Source: Chloroflexota bacterium (GTDB lineage: Bacteria > Chloroflexota > UBA11872 > VXOZ01). Taken from it: a stretch of DNA of 64,000 nucleotides. Within the stretch, counting starts at the first letter, position 1. Each line of letters opens with the position of its first letter. Under the pieces are notes generated by a model. That model did not search any database, was not told where the DNA came from, and saw only the letters and a program-made list of their open reading frames with translations. The stretch spans positions 32,001 through 96,000 of the forward strand of contig CAXXVD010000001.1 in the NCBI GenBank assembly GCA_963662335.2, read 5' to 3'. The position numbers and the translations under genes are program-made. Below, in pieces: positions 31,124 to 41,128 of the stretch.

Positions 31124-31765
31124 ATGCGCTGTCCACGGTGCGCCAAGCAAGATACCCGCGTGGTCGATAGCCGTCCGGAAGAATTGAGTATCCGCCGCCG
31201 CCGCGAGTGCGGCAATTGCGGCCACCGGTACACCACGTATGAGCGTCTGGAAGTGCTTGCGTGTCCGCACTGTGAATCCACCGAATCCCGCGTCTCGTCG
31301 TACCGTCTGCTGCGGGCGGGCGCGCGGCGCTACCGGGAGTGCCTGCGCTGCGGCAGAGACTTCACCACCACGGAGCGCGTGGATCCGGTGCCGCTGACGG
31401 TCGTGAAGCGGGACGGACGCCGGGAGGAATTCAACCGCGGCAAGCTGCGCGAGAAGATTAGCACGGCCTGTTGGAAGCGCCCGGTCGGCTCGGAGCAGGT
31501 CGGCGAGATCGTCGACGGCATCGAGCGGGAACTGCTTGAAATTGGTGAACCCGAGGTAGAATCCACGGTGATTGGCGATAGAGTGATGCAACGGCTGCGG
31601 GTGCTCGACGAGGTGGCCTACGTGCGCTTCGCCTCGGTCTACCGCCACTTCGAAGACATCGACAGCATTGCGGAAGAGATTGCCGAGTATCAACAGTGGA
31701 AACGCCGCCGCGCGCAGCCTGATCAAATCGCCCTGCTGCCGGAAGAGTCTTCCCTTCCTAAGTAG
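31124..31765 (+). CDS. nrdR: Transcriptional repressor NrdR with tandem-duplicated zinc ribbon
   Basis: MRCPRC..VVDSR..IRRRREC..C..RYTTYER, a second CxxC..REC..C..FTTTER module, then ATP cone VVKRDGRREEF..LDEVAYVRFASVYR; GGAGG RBS. Confidence 0.93.
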   Translation: MRCPRCAKQDTRVVDSRPEELSIRRRRECGNCGHRYTTYERLEVLACPHCESTESRVSSYRLLRAGARRYRECLRCGRDFTTTERVDPVPLTVVKRDGRREEFNRGKLREKISTACWKRPVGSEQVGEIVDGIERELLEIGEPEVESTVIGDRVMQRLRVLDEVAYVRFASVYRHFEDIDSIAEEIAEYQQWKRRRAQPDQIALLPEESSLPK

Positions 31766-31893
31766 CCCAATCCCTTTACTTAGTGGTCCAATCCCTGCGC
31801 AAGTTCGGTATAGGCGACCGTTCTCCGCAATGTCTCGACGCGAAGCAAAGCAAGGCCAACTCCATGGTTGCCGTGACAGTAGCGACTAAGTCT

Positions 31894-31963
31894 GTCATTC
31901 CCGCGCACGCGGGAATCCATCTTCCTCCCGCACGCAGTGGATTCCCGCGTGCGCGGGAATGAC
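31894..31963. repeat. REP-like palindrome, family D (GTCATTCCCGCG...GGGAATGAC)
   Basis: GTCATTCCCGCGCACGCGGGAATCCA / TGGATTCCCGCGTGCGCGGGAATGAC perfect 26-bp inverted arms. Confidence 0.9.
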
Positions 31964-32082
31964 GGACATGGGCCGTCCCACCTCTGCCTTCCATTGTGTG
32001 GCCGGCAGGCGGCCAAGGTGACGAACAGACGTAATCTTTCGGCCCGGCGCGCGCGGCCGGCGCACGCGGAACTCAGGCTTCC

Positions 32083-32490
32083 ATGCGCAACTTTCTCGTC
32101 TACTGGCTGCCACCCCTGCTCTGGATGACCCTCATCTTCTACGGCTCCGCGCAGCCCACGCTGCCGTCGCTCGCGCATAGCCTGCTCGACTCGCTGGTGA
32201 AGTACGGCGCGCATTTCGTCGAATACGCCGTGCTCGCGCTGCTCTGGTACCGGGCGCTCTACGCGCGCTTCCCCCATCCGAGGATCTTGCCGCTGGCGCT
32301 CATCGTCACCGTGCTCTACGCCCTGAGCGACGAACTGCATCAGTCCTTCGTGCCCGGCAGAAGCGCCACCTGGCAGGACCTGGCGGTGGACGCGCTGGGA
32401 GCCGCGAGCGCGCTGCTGCTCTGGAACGCCGCGCACCAGCGGTGGCGCCGCGGCAAAGCGCCCCCAGAGCGGCGCGAGCCTGAACGCTAG
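32083..32490 (+). CDS. VanZ family membrane protein
   Basis: [33 protein letters not shown]...D...DALG. Confidence 0.88.
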   Translation: MRNFLVYWLPPLLWMTLIFYGSAQPTLPSLAHSLLDSLVKYGAHFVEYAVLALLWYRALYARFPHPRILPLALIVTVLYALSDELHQSFVPGRSATWQDLAVDALGAASALLLWNAAHQRWRRGKAPPERREPER

Positions 32491-32503
32491 CGGGACCGCC
32501 GCG

Positions 32504-33919
32504 CTACTTGCCGATGCAGAACTCGCCGAAGATACGGTCCAGCAGGTCTTCCGTCGCGCTCTCGCCGGTGAGTTCTCCGAGCGTGTGGAGCGCGGCGCGC
32601 AAGCCGATGCAGACGAAGTCCGCCGGCAGCCCCTCCATCGCGGCCTGTCGGGCTTCAAGGAGCGCCGTACGCGCTTCCGCCAGCGCCGCGTGGTGGCGCA
32701 GCGAGGTCACGACGGCGTCATCCGCTGGCAGCGCTTCTCGCAGGAGCGTTTGTCCAATCACTTCGCGCAGCGCGGACAAACCGTCGTCGGCGAGGGCCGC
32801 GGTCAGCGCCGCCGGGCAGCCGGCCAGCACCGCCTGCGCGTCCCGCGGGCCAAGCGCGCGCGGCTTGTCGGCCTTGTTCAGCGCCACGATTGCCCGTTGG
32901 TCCCGGTCAGCCTCCAGTGAACGCTTGACTTCTCTGACCAACGCGCGGTCTGCGGGCTGGAGCGCCATACTGCAATCCAGGACCAGGATGATCAAGCGCG
33001 CCGCCGCCAGGGACGCGCGGCTGCGTTCCACGCCGATCCGCTCCACCGGGTCGTCGGTCTCCGCGATGCCGGCGGTATCCGCCAGCATGAGCGGTATGCC
33101 CGCGACGTCAACCGTCTCTTCCAGCACGTCGCGCGTGGTGCCGGGAATATCGGTCACGATCGCCCGGTCGGCGCTGAGAAAGGCGTTGAGCAGGCTCGAC
33201 TTACCCACGTTGGGGCGTCCCACCAGCACGGCGCGCACGCCGTCGCGCACGATTGCGCCGTTCTGCGCGGTCGCGAGCAATTGCTCCAGGCCGGTGAGCG
33301 CGGCATCCAGCGCCGCCTCCACCTCCCGCGCTGGAACCGGCGGCACGTCATCGTCGCTGAAGTCGATGTTCGCTTCCAGCCGCGCCAGGAGGCCGAGCGC
33401 CTGTTGACGAACGTGCTGGACCCGCCGCGACAAGCGGCCCTCGAGTTGGCCGAGCGCAAGCGTGAGCCCGCTGCCGGTGCGCGCCCGCACCACGTCCATC
33501 ACGGCCTCGGCCTGCGCCAGGTCCAGCTTGCCGTTCAGGAAGGCGCGCAGCGTAAACTCACCGGGCTGCGCCAAGCGCGCGCCCTGGCTGAGCAGCAATG
33601 CGAGCGCGCGCCGCAGCGCCAGCGGACTGCCGTGGCACGAGAACTCGACCACGTCCTCACCCGTATACGAGCGCGGCCCGCGCATATAGGTACAGAGCGC
33701 CTGATCCACGCGCGCGCCGCGCTCCGGATCCACCACCTCGCCCACGTACGCGCGGTGACTCTGCCATCTGCGGTGGTTCTGCCGCCTGAAGCAGCGCCTG
33801 GCAATCGCCAGGGCCGCGCCGCCGCTCATGCGCACGATGCCGATTGCGCCCTCGCCCGGCGGCGTCGCTATGGCCGCTATCGTATCCTCGACGCTCACAC
33901 TGCCACTACCCGTTACCAT
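32504..33919 (-). CDS. mnmE: tRNA modification GTPase MnmE
   Basis: [43 protein letters not shown], terminal FCIGK. Confidence 0.97.
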   Translation of the reverse strand: MVTGSGSVSVEDTIAAIATPPGEGAIGIVRMSGGAALAIARRCFRRQNHRRWQSHRAYVGEVVDPERGARVDQALCTYMRGPRSYTGEDVVEFSCHGSPLALRRALALLLSQGARLAQPGEFTLRAFLNGKLDLAQAEAVMDVVRARTGSGLTLALGQLEGRLSRRVQHVRQQALGLLARLEANIDFSDDDVPPVPAREVEAALDAALTGLEQLLATAQNGAIVRDGVRAVLVGRPNVGKSSLLNAFLSADRAIVTDIPGTTRDVLEETVDVAGIPLMLADTAGIAETDDPVERIGVERSRASLAAARLIILVLDCSMALQPADRALVREVKRSLEADRDQRAIVALNKADKPRALGPRDAQAVLAGCPAALTAALADDGLSALREVIGQTLLREALPADDAVVTSLRHHAALAEARTALLEARQAAMEGLPADFVCIGLRAALHTLGELTGESATEDLLDRIFGEFCIGK

Positions 33920-33964
33920 GAAAGTTACGGCCCGCCTCCCCCATCCCTACCATGTTTTGGACGG

Positions 33965-34552
33965 CTAGTCCTCGCGCGCAGCGGGATTTATGCCCAAGTC
34001 CTCGATAGTGAAGAGAGACCGATACGGGTAGCCGGCCGCGGCAATGGCGTCAGCGCCGCCCTGGAGGCGGTCCACCAGCGTCCAGATACCCGTGACCACG
34101 CCCCCGGCATCCGTCACTGCCGCCGCGGCGCGCAGCACCGAGCCGCCGGTGGTCACCGTATCCTCCACAATCGCCACCCGCATACCCGGCTGCAGCGGGC
34201 CTTCCACCTGCTTGCCGGTACCGTGCTCCTTAGCGCTGCTGCGCACGATCAACGCTTGGACCGGCGACCCCGCGACGAAGCTGGCAATAGCAACGGCCGT
34301 GACCACCGGGTCCGCGGCCACCGACATACCGGCCACGGCGTCCGGCAGCGGCGCGCCCAGCGCATTCAGCAGCATCCGTCCGGTCAAGTGCGCGCCTTCC
34401 GCCGAGAGCGTTACCAGGCGGCAATCGATGTAGTAGTGCGCCCGCCGGCCGGAACTGAGGATGAAGTCCCCTTCTGCGACCGCTTCCGTTCGCAATAAAA
34501 CGCGCAGCCGCTCTCGCTCAGCATCCACGGCGGTTCCTTTTCTCAACGTCAT
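33965..34552 (-). CDS. pyrE: Orotate phosphoribosyltransferase
   Basis: GDFILSSG, YYIDCR, KEHGTG, VEDTVTTGGS, VDR. Confidence 0.93.
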   Translation of the reverse strand: MTLRKGTAVDAERERLRVLLRTEAVAEGDFILSSGRRAHYYIDCRLVTLSAEGAHLTGRMLLNALGAPLPDAVAGMSVAADPVVTAVAIASFVAGSPVQALIVRSSAKEHGTGKQVEGPLQPGMRVAIVEDTVTTGGSVLRAAAAVTDAGGVVTGIWTLVDRLQGGADAIAAAGYPYRSLFTIEDLGINPAARED

Positions 34553-34811
34553 GCCTGCCGACACCTACGATAGTAGCGAGCCGCGCCCGCTCTGACTAGC
34601 CTGCGCCTGCCGGTGAGTTCTCCTGCGCCGCTGCGTCCCGCAGCGCGCGCGGTTCCCGGCAGCGCCCCCGCCTTGCGGACGTTCCACAAGCGAGACCGAA
34701 CCGTGCCGTCCTCCCTGCCGGTTGACACGCCCCGCCGCGCCCACTGACAATAGGGCATATTCGCCGTAGAACGCCGCAAGCCGCGCCGCGCGCACGGGGA
34801 CGCCGCACCGC

Positions 34812-35528
34812 ATGGCAGAGAACGCATTTACAGGCATCTTCTTCGACCTGGGCGACACGTTGGCCACGGCGAATCCTTCCGTCACGGAACTCATGGCGCA
34901 GACCTTGGCCGACCACGGGTACCAGACCCCGCACCGCGACCTGGCGCGCGCCGCAAGTCTCCTCGCGCCGCGCCTTAAAGACCCGGGTAATCGCGGTTGG
35001 TCGCTCTCGCATGAGCAATCCTACGCTTTTTGGACGACGTTCTACACCGATCTGCTGCGGGAAATCGGCATCCCGCCCCACGCGCGCGGTGAATTGACCG
35101 CGCACATCTACACGCGGCTGAGCCGACCGGAAGGCTACCGGCTCTTCCCGGACGCGCTGCCGACACTGGAGCGGCTGGCCGGCGCAGGATACACGCTCGG
35201 CCTCGTTTCCAACTGGGAAGCCTGGGGCGCGGAACTGGTGGCGCGCTTGGGATTGAGCCGGTACTTCCCGGAGCCGGTGCTCTCCGGCTGCGTCGGGGTG
35301 GAAAAACCGGATACGCGCATCTTCAAGCTGGCGCTGGCGCAAGCCGGCCTTGCCCCCGGCCGCGTGCTCTACGTGGGCGACGACGTGCGCAACGACGTCG
35401 AACCGGCCCGCGCCCTGGGCATGCGCGCGATTTTGCTTAGGCGGCAGGAAGATGGGAAAAGCGCGGACGCGCCGCACTGCATTCGCTCCCTCCGCGAGTT
35501 ATGCGGCCATGAACTCGTACGTCGATAA
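34812..35528 (+). CDS. HAD-superfamily hydrolase
   Basis: FFDLGDTL, VSNW, EKPD..IF, YVGDD...D. Confidence 0.88.
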   Translation: MAENAFTGIFFDLGDTLATANPSVTELMAQTLADHGYQTPHRDLARAASLLAPRLKDPGNRGWSLSHEQSYAFWTTFYTDLLREIGIPPHARGELTAHIYTRLSRPEGYRLFPDALPTLERLAGAGYTLGLVSNWEAWGAELVARLGLSRYFPEPVLSGCVGVEKPDTRIFKLALAQAGLAPGRVLYVGDDVRNDVEPARALGMRAILLRRQEDGKSADAPHCIRSLRELCGHELVRR

Positions 35529-35574
35529 CGTGGGCGCCGGGCGCAAACCGCATAGACTGGAAACAGGCGCGGCG

Positions 35575-37968
35575 ATGCCGACAGCGCACGAGCAGCGACA
35601 GAACACGCGGGACCTTACTGCCGTCCTGCGGTCGCGGTTTGGGCACGATGTCTTCCTGCCGTTGCAGGAGGACATCATCGCGAACGTCCTGGCCGGACGA
35701 GACTCGCTGGCGCTGATGCCCACCGGCAGCGGCAAGTCGCTCTGCTACCAACTGCCGGCGCTCTGTCTCGCCGGCGTGACCGTGGTGGTTTCGCCGCTCA
35801 TCGCGCTGATGAAAGACCAGGTGGACTCGCTGCAAGCGCGGGGCATTGCCGCGGCCTGCATCCACAGCGGCGTAAGCCAAGCGGCCCAAAGGCGCGCGCA
35901 GATGGCTGCGTACAACGGTCAGCTTGACCTCCTCTACGTTGCGCCGGAGCGCGCGGTGACCCGGCAGTTTCTCGATTTCCTCCACGCCCTGGAACTCAGC
36001 CTGATCGCCATCGACGAGGCGCATTGCATCTCCGAGTGGGGCCACGACTTCCGGCCCGACTACCGGGCCTTGCAGACGCTGCGCGACAACTTTCCGGATG
36101 TGCCGGTGATCGCGCTTACCGCCACCGCCACGGAACGGGTGCGGGAGGACATTCTCTCCCAACTGCGTATGGCCGGCGCCGCCCAGTTCGTCGCCAGCTT
36201 CAATCGCCCGAACCTCACCTATCGCGTCCGACCCAAGCGGCGGAGCCTGGAGGCCCTGATTGCGCTGCTAGGCGAACTGGAGGGCGGCTCCGCGATCATC
36301 TATCGCTTCTCGCGCCAGAATACCGAGGGCCTAGCCGCCGAACTGCAAGACCGCGGCTTCGACGCGCTGCCCTATCACGCCGGCCTGGAAGACGAAAAGC
36401 GCCGCCAGACCCAGGAGCGGTTCTTGCGGGACGAGACGCCCATCATCGTGGCAACCATCGCATTTGGCATGGGCGTGGATAAGCCGAACGTACGACTGGT
36501 CGCGCACTACGACCTGCCCAAGACGATCGAGGGCTACTACCAGGAGACCGGCCGCGCCGGACGCGACGGCAGGCCCAGCGAGTGCGTGCTCTTCTTCTCC
36601 TACGGCGACAGGATGAACCAGGAGTATTTCATCAAGCAGATAGAGGATGATGCGGAGCGCGCCAACGCCGAGGCAAAGCTCGCCAAGATGGTCGCCTATG
36701 GCGATGCGAGGTCGTGCCGCCGGGCGTTTCTGCTGGAATACTTTGGCGAAAATTGGCGGGAAGAGAACTGCGGCGCGTGCGACGTGTGCCTGGCCGCGGC
36801 AGCGGAGGACGAGCCGGACGCCGCCCATACCTACGACGGCACCGAAATCGCCCAGAAGGCGCTGTCGGCGGTGATACGCACCGGCGAACGCTTCGGCGTG
36901 AACCACGTGGTGGACGTGCTGCGCGGCAGCCAGTCCCGGCGGGTACGGCAGTTCCGCCACGACACGCTGCCGGTCCACGGCATCGCCCGCGACACGACGA
37001 AAGAGGAATTGCAGGACGTATTCGATCAGCTATTGGAGAAAGGCCTGATTGCCCGCCGCAGCGATGGCGACTATCCAACGCTCTACGTTACTCCAGAGGG
37101 CCGCGCGCTACTACGAAACCGCGAGAGCGTGACGCTCGTGAGACAATCGCCGCCGCACAGTGAACCGCCAGGCGAACCCAACAGTCTGCTATTCGAAGAA
37201 CTGCGCGCGCTGCGCCATGTGATTGCCACAGAACTGGATGTTCCGGCGTACGTAGTGTTTCCCGATGTTTCTCTGCATGAGATGGCCCGCCACGTTCCCA
37301 CCAATCGCGAAGCATTTCTCAACATCAAGGGTGTGGGCGCGACAAAGCTGGAGCAGTTCGGCGACCGTTTCGTCGCCGTAATTCGCGCGCACGTGGAAGA
37401 GATTGGCGCAAGCTCTAGCGGCCCTTCCGTTGCTAGCGAAGACGTTTCAACTACAACACACCTGGAGCGAGCAAGTGAGTCTTCCCCACGCGCCTACAGC
37501 AGATGGGAACCTGAGGAGGATGAGAGACTCGTTCAACTATTCCAGGCAGGACGAACCGCGGCGGAAATCGCGCCAGAATTGGGGCGGCGACCCTCCGCTG
37601 TTGCGTCGCGGCTGCGCCAGTCCGGCCAAGCAGTTGGCACTCGCCTCGCGCTCAGCGACACCGACCAAAGCACCCTGGAACTGGCACGCCAAGGCTTGGG
37701 TCTTGAGGAGATCGCCGCGCAGCGCGGCCTCTCAGTCGGAACGGTGGTAACGCACCTGGAACGAATCATCGAGACCGACGAGGAGATCGACTTGGCGCAC
37801 TTGCTTCCGCCTGCGGAGCGTTACGCGCGCATCGAGGATGCTTTCCGCGTCGAGGGTGACGACTATCTGCTCAAGCCGGTCAAGGAACGCCTTGGTGACG
37901 ACTACACCTACGCGGAAGTGCGGCTCGTGCGGTTGCGGCTGCGCCAACTTGCCGCCCATTCCGCTTAA
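35575..37968 (+). CDS. recQ: DNA helicase RecQ with HRDC and extra C-terminal HTH modules
   Basis: MPTGSGKSLCYQLP, DEAH, TATA, ATIAFGMGVDK, YYQETGRAGRDG, RQC cysteines, HRDC (VPAYVVFPD). Confidence 0.93.
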   Translation: MPTAHEQRQNTRDLTAVLRSRFGHDVFLPLQEDIIANVLAGRDSLALMPTGSGKSLCYQLPALCLAGVTVVVSPLIALMKDQVDSLQARGIAAACIHSGVSQAAQRRAQMAAYNGQLDLLYVAPERAVTRQFLDFLHALELSLIAIDEAHCISEWGHDFRPDYRALQTLRDNFPDVPVIALTATATERVREDILSQLRMAGAAQFVASFNRPNLTYRVRPKRRSLEALIALLGELEGGSAIIYRFSRQNTEGLAAELQDRGFDALPYHAGLEDEKRRQTQERFLRDETPIIVATIAFGMGVDKPNVRLVAHYDLPKTIEGYYQETGRAGRDGRPSECVLFFSYGDRMNQEYFIKQIEDDAERANAEAKLAKMVAYGDARSCRRAFLLEYFGENWREENCGACDVCLAAAAEDEPDAAHTYDGTEIAQKALSAVIRTGERFGVNHVVDVLRGSQSRRVRQFRHDTLPVHGIARDTTKEELQDVFDQLLEKGLIARRSDGDYPTLYVTPEGRALLRNRESVTLVRQSPPHSEPPGEPNSLLFEELRALRHVIATELDVPAYVVFPDVSLHEMARHVPTNREAFLNIKGVGATKLEQFGDRFVAVIRAHVEEIGASSSGPSVASEDVSTTTHLERASESSPRAYSRWEPEEDERLVQLFQAGRTAAEIAPELGRRPSAVASRLRQSGQAVGTRLALSDTDQSTLELARQGLGLEEIAAQRGLSVGTVVTHLERIIETDEEIDLAHLLPPAERYARIEDAFRVEGDDYLLKPVKERLGDDYTYAEVRLVRLRLRQLAAHSA

Positions 37969-38008
37969 GGCGCAACTGAACTCTACCTTGTTGCTAGCGA
38001 GAGAGAAC

Positions 38009-38584
38009 GTGAGCAAGGAATCCCAAGATACTTCCCATCCCCCGCTCGGCTGGAAACTCATCGATTCCAAAGTCGCCTACAGCGGCCGCTTTCCGGTGCG
38101 TGAGGACGTGTTGGAAGCGGAACTCGACGGCCGGCGCATGACCTACACCTATCTGGACATTCGCCGCGACGCGGTCGCCGTGCTGGCGCTTACGGCGGCC
38201 GGAGAGGCCGTGCTCGTGCGGCAGTACCGGCATCCGTTGCGCCGCGCGACCCTCGAAGTGCCGGCCGGCGCGCTCGATCCCGGTGAAGACCCGGCCGCTG
38301 GGGCGCTGCGCGAACTGGAGGAAGAAACCGGCTACCGCGCCGGCGCGATGCGACCGTTAGGCGTGTACCATCCCAGCACGCCGTTGCTGCCGCTCATGAT
38401 GCGTCTTTACTTTGCCACCGATCTTCACTATCATGCACCCAAGCGCGACGAATTCGAGATTATGCGGGTCGAACTCGTGCCGGCCGCAGACCTGCTCAAA
38501 CAGGTGCTGGACGGACGTCGGCCCGAAGCGGCGCTGACGGTAAGCGTGCTGCTTGCCGCCCAGCGCGGCTGGCTGCCAACGTGA
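38009..38584 (+). CDS. NUDIX hydrolase (ADP-ribose pyrophosphatase-like)
   Basis: VRQYRHP, Nudix box GALDPGEDPAAGALRELEEETG. Confidence 0.88.
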   Translation: MSKESQDTSHPPLGWKLIDSKVAYSGRFPVREDVLEAELDGRRMTYTYLDIRRDAVAVLALTAAGEAVLVRQYRHPLRRATLEVPAGALDPGEDPAAGALRELEEETGYRAGAMRPLGVYHPSTPLLPLMMRLYFATDLHYHAPKRDEFEIMRVELVPAADLLKQVLDGRRPEAALTVSVLLAAQRGWLPT

Positions 38585-38647
38585 CGGCGCGCCTGAAGAT
38601 CGCAAGCATACGACCGGGGCAGTATCCAGCGCAATGAGAAGCCGCCA

Positions 38648-39544
38648 ATGAGCCAGAAGCCCGTGCTCCTGATCGGCGCCGACAACCTGGCCGAGCGCGT
38701 AGAGGCCTACAAGCGCCTCTTCCCGCCGGAGGGCATCGCGATCCTGCGGCCCGATGGTGCCAATGCCGGGCGCAACACCTTCCTCGGCGTGCCGGTGGCG
38801 CACGAGTGGCCGCGCCAGGACGGCGGCCTTGCCGACATTGCCGGCGACGTTTCGGCACGGGCGGTAGCCGCTCGGCAGGCCGTAGAGCGAGGCATGAATG
38901 CGATCATCCACCCGCCTTTTGGGGATTCCCGCGCCAATGCGGAAGCCATCCTGGCCGCGGCTGGCGGCGCCGTCCGCGTGGCGCTGCCCATTCACTACAC
39001 CCACAAGTACGAGGCTGCCGCGAGTTCCGCGCGCGCCGGTATTGGCGAAATCATCACCGTACGCGCTATTCGCATCTTTCCGCCGGCTCAGGCGTGGCAA
39101 CAGAGCCTCTTCCATCTCATGGAAGCCCTGGCGCTGCTGGGCGGCCCGCTGCGGCGCGTGTACGCCAAAGCCGCCGCCCTTAAGTCTGCCGGCACGGATA
39201 CGGTGTTCTGCAACGGCCGCTACGCCAACCGCGCCATCCTCTACGGTGAAGCCAGCGCCGCCTATCCAGCGACGTACAGCAAGGAAGTGATCGAGGTCAC
39301 CGGGCGCGCCGGCATGGTAGAGTACGACTCCAATGCCCGCAGCGTATGGTCGGCGTCGGAGAGCGGGGTAACGCTCGCGGAATCCTATCACCGCACGCCG
39401 TACGAGAAGATGATTGACGCTTACACGCAAGCGTGGGCGGCGGAGGTAGACGCGCACCCGGAACTACCCGACCCCCGTCCCGCGCTTCGCGCGTATTGGG
39501 CCGCCATGGCGAGCATCGAGCGGAATGAGGTGGAAACGGTATGA
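38648..39544 (+). CDS. Degenerate Gfo/Idh/MocA-like protein
   Basis: C-terminal domain features (IGEIITVR, LLGGPLRRVYA, IEVTGRAGMVEYDS, AAMAS) but no GxGxxG or EKP; ATGA overlap with next gene. Confidence 0.6.
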   Translation: MSQKPVLLIGADNLAERVEAYKRLFPPEGIAILRPDGANAGRNTFLGVPVAHEWPRQDGGLADIAGDVSARAVAARQAVERGMNAIIHPPFGDSRANAEAILAAAGGAVRVALPIHYTHKYEAAASSARAGIGEIITVRAIRIFPPAQAWQQSLFHLMEALALLGGPLRRVYAKAAALKSAGTDTVFCNGRYANRAILYGEASAAYPATYSKEVIEVTGRAGMVEYDSNARSVWSASESGVTLAESYHRTPYEKMIDAYTQAWAAEVDAHPELPDPRPALRAYWAAMASIERNEVETV

Positions 39545-40572
39545 GTGGGTCACGCGCGCTGAACATTGGCGCTATATCGTTCGACCACGGCCACCAGAAC
39601 GGCTACGTCTCGGCGATTCTCGACCTGCCCGCGGCCCAACTGGTCGCCGCGGCCGACGCGGTTCCCGGGCAACTCAACCGCATGAACGAAATGCTCGCCG
39701 CGCGTCCCGATGCCCCAGCGGTCAAGGTGTTTGCCGACTACCGTGAACTGCTGGAACTCGACGAGGTGGAGGCGGTCTCGATCTGCTCCGCCAATGCCGA
39801 CCATGCCCAAATGACAATCGACGCCGCTCAGGCCGGCAAGCACGTTCTCTGCGAAAAACCCCTCTGCATTACGCTGGCGGAGGCCGACGCCATGATCGCC
39901 GCCTGCCGTGACGCGGGCGTGTTTCTCGGCACGGCGTATCCGTGCCGCTTCGGCCCCGTCGCCTGGCAGGCAAAGCAGCGGGTGGACGCCGGCGAAATCG
40001 GCGACATCCTAGCGATGCACGGCACCAACCATCTCCGGCCGTTTACGGAAGGCTGGTTCATCGATCCGCAGCGTTCCGGCGGCGGCACGATTCGTGACCA
40101 CATCGTCCACGTCACCGACCTCATGCGCTGGTTCACGGGCAAGGAAGTGGCGGAGGTCTACGCCGAGGGCGATACGCTGAAGCGGCCGCACATCGCCGTG
40201 GACGACGTGGCGATCCTGGTCGAGACGTTTGAAGGCGGCATCCTGGCCTCCACCGATCCCTCTTGGAACCGCCCGGAAAACTGGTCCAAGTGGGGCAACG
40301 TCTATCTGCGCCTGCTCGGCACGCGCGGCATGATCGAGTTCGAAGTGACGGGACAGGCCATCGTGCGCACGGAAGCGCAGAGCGGCGCCGTGTCCTCGAT
40401 TGATACATCGGAGTCAATGAATTACTATTTGCTCAAGGACTTTTGCGAGGCCATCCTCGCGGGGCGCTCGCCATTGGTTACCGGGGAAGACGGCCGCGCC
40501 GGCGTGGAGGCAATCCTGGCGGCCTACCAATCAATCGAGGAAGGACGACCAATCCGCCTGCGCGACGGCTAG
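39541..40572 (+). CDS. Gfo/Idh/MocA family oxidoreductase
   Basis: CSANADH, LCEKP, WFIDPQRSGGGTIRDHIVH. Confidence 0.9.
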   Translation: MSGSRALNIGAISFDHGHQNGYVSAILDLPAAQLVAAADAVPGQLNRMNEMLAARPDAPAVKVFADYRELLELDEVEAVSICSANADHAQMTIDAAQAGKHVLCEKPLCITLAEADAMIAACRDAGVFLGTAYPCRFGPVAWQAKQRVDAGEIGDILAMHGTNHLRPFTEGWFIDPQRSGGGTIRDHIVHVTDLMRWFTGKEVAEVYAEGDTLKRPHIAVDDVAILVETFEGGILASTDPSWNRPENWSKWGNVYLRLLGTRGMIEFEVTGQAIVRTEAQSGAVSSIDTSESMNYYLLKDFCEAILAGRSPLVTGEDGRAGVEAILAAYQSIEEGRPIRLRDG

Positions 40573-40618
40573 TTTCGCAGCCGGACGACCCCCGCTAACG
40601 TATTGGCTCTTAGATTGT

Positions 40619-40654
40619 CCCCTCTCCCTGAGGGAGAGGGCCAGGGTGAGGGTG
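40619..40654. repeat. REP-like element CCCCTCTCCC-nnn-GGGAGAGGG-CCAGGGTGAGGG
   Basis: Hairpin plus GGGTGAGGG tail; a degenerate relative appears near 30640. Confidence 0.7.
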
Positions 40655-40726
40655 AAAGCGAACGAAGCACACCAGTCCTATCGTAAAGTTACCTGCCAAT
40701 AGCGCTCCGGCAAGTGGAGGAAAGCG

Positions 40727-41107
40727 ATGCGAAGACGGTTCTTTTTGATTGCAGCGGGCGGCGCGGTGCTCAGCGCGTGCCAACTTGGCGTGGGAGAGGC
40801 GCCCCCGGAAGAGGCGCAATTCATACCCTTGCGGATCCTGACGTATTCCGAAATCGTCCACCGCGGCAAGGTGGCGATTCTCCATGCGGCTTCCAAAGAA
40901 GGCGCGGAGATAACGCCCGTGCTCATGCGCGGCGAGGAGACAATCGCCATCGAAGAGCTTACCGCGCAAACGGCCGGCGAAGACGGCGCCGTGCGTTGGA
41001 ACTGGATCGTGCCTGAGAACCTCGAGCCCGGTAAGTACACGATTGAAGTGACGGCGGTGGCCGAGGAAGGCCAAATCTCCTGGTCTGAGGAATTCGAGAT
41101 CAGGTAG
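40727..41107 (+). CDS. Small Tat-exported lipoprotein, beta-sandwich-like
   Basis: MRRRFF twin-arginine, lipobox LSAC, WNWIVP..PGKYTIEV; GGAGG RBS. Confidence 0.7.
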   Translation: MRRRFFLIAAGGAVLSACQLGVGEAPPEEAQFIPLRILTYSEIVHRGKVAILHAASKEGAEITPVLMRGEETIAIEELTAQTAGEDGAVRWNWIVPENLEPGKYTIEVTAVAEEGQISWSEEFEIR

Positions 41108-41128
41108 CCGCAATCCAGGGAGACCTTC

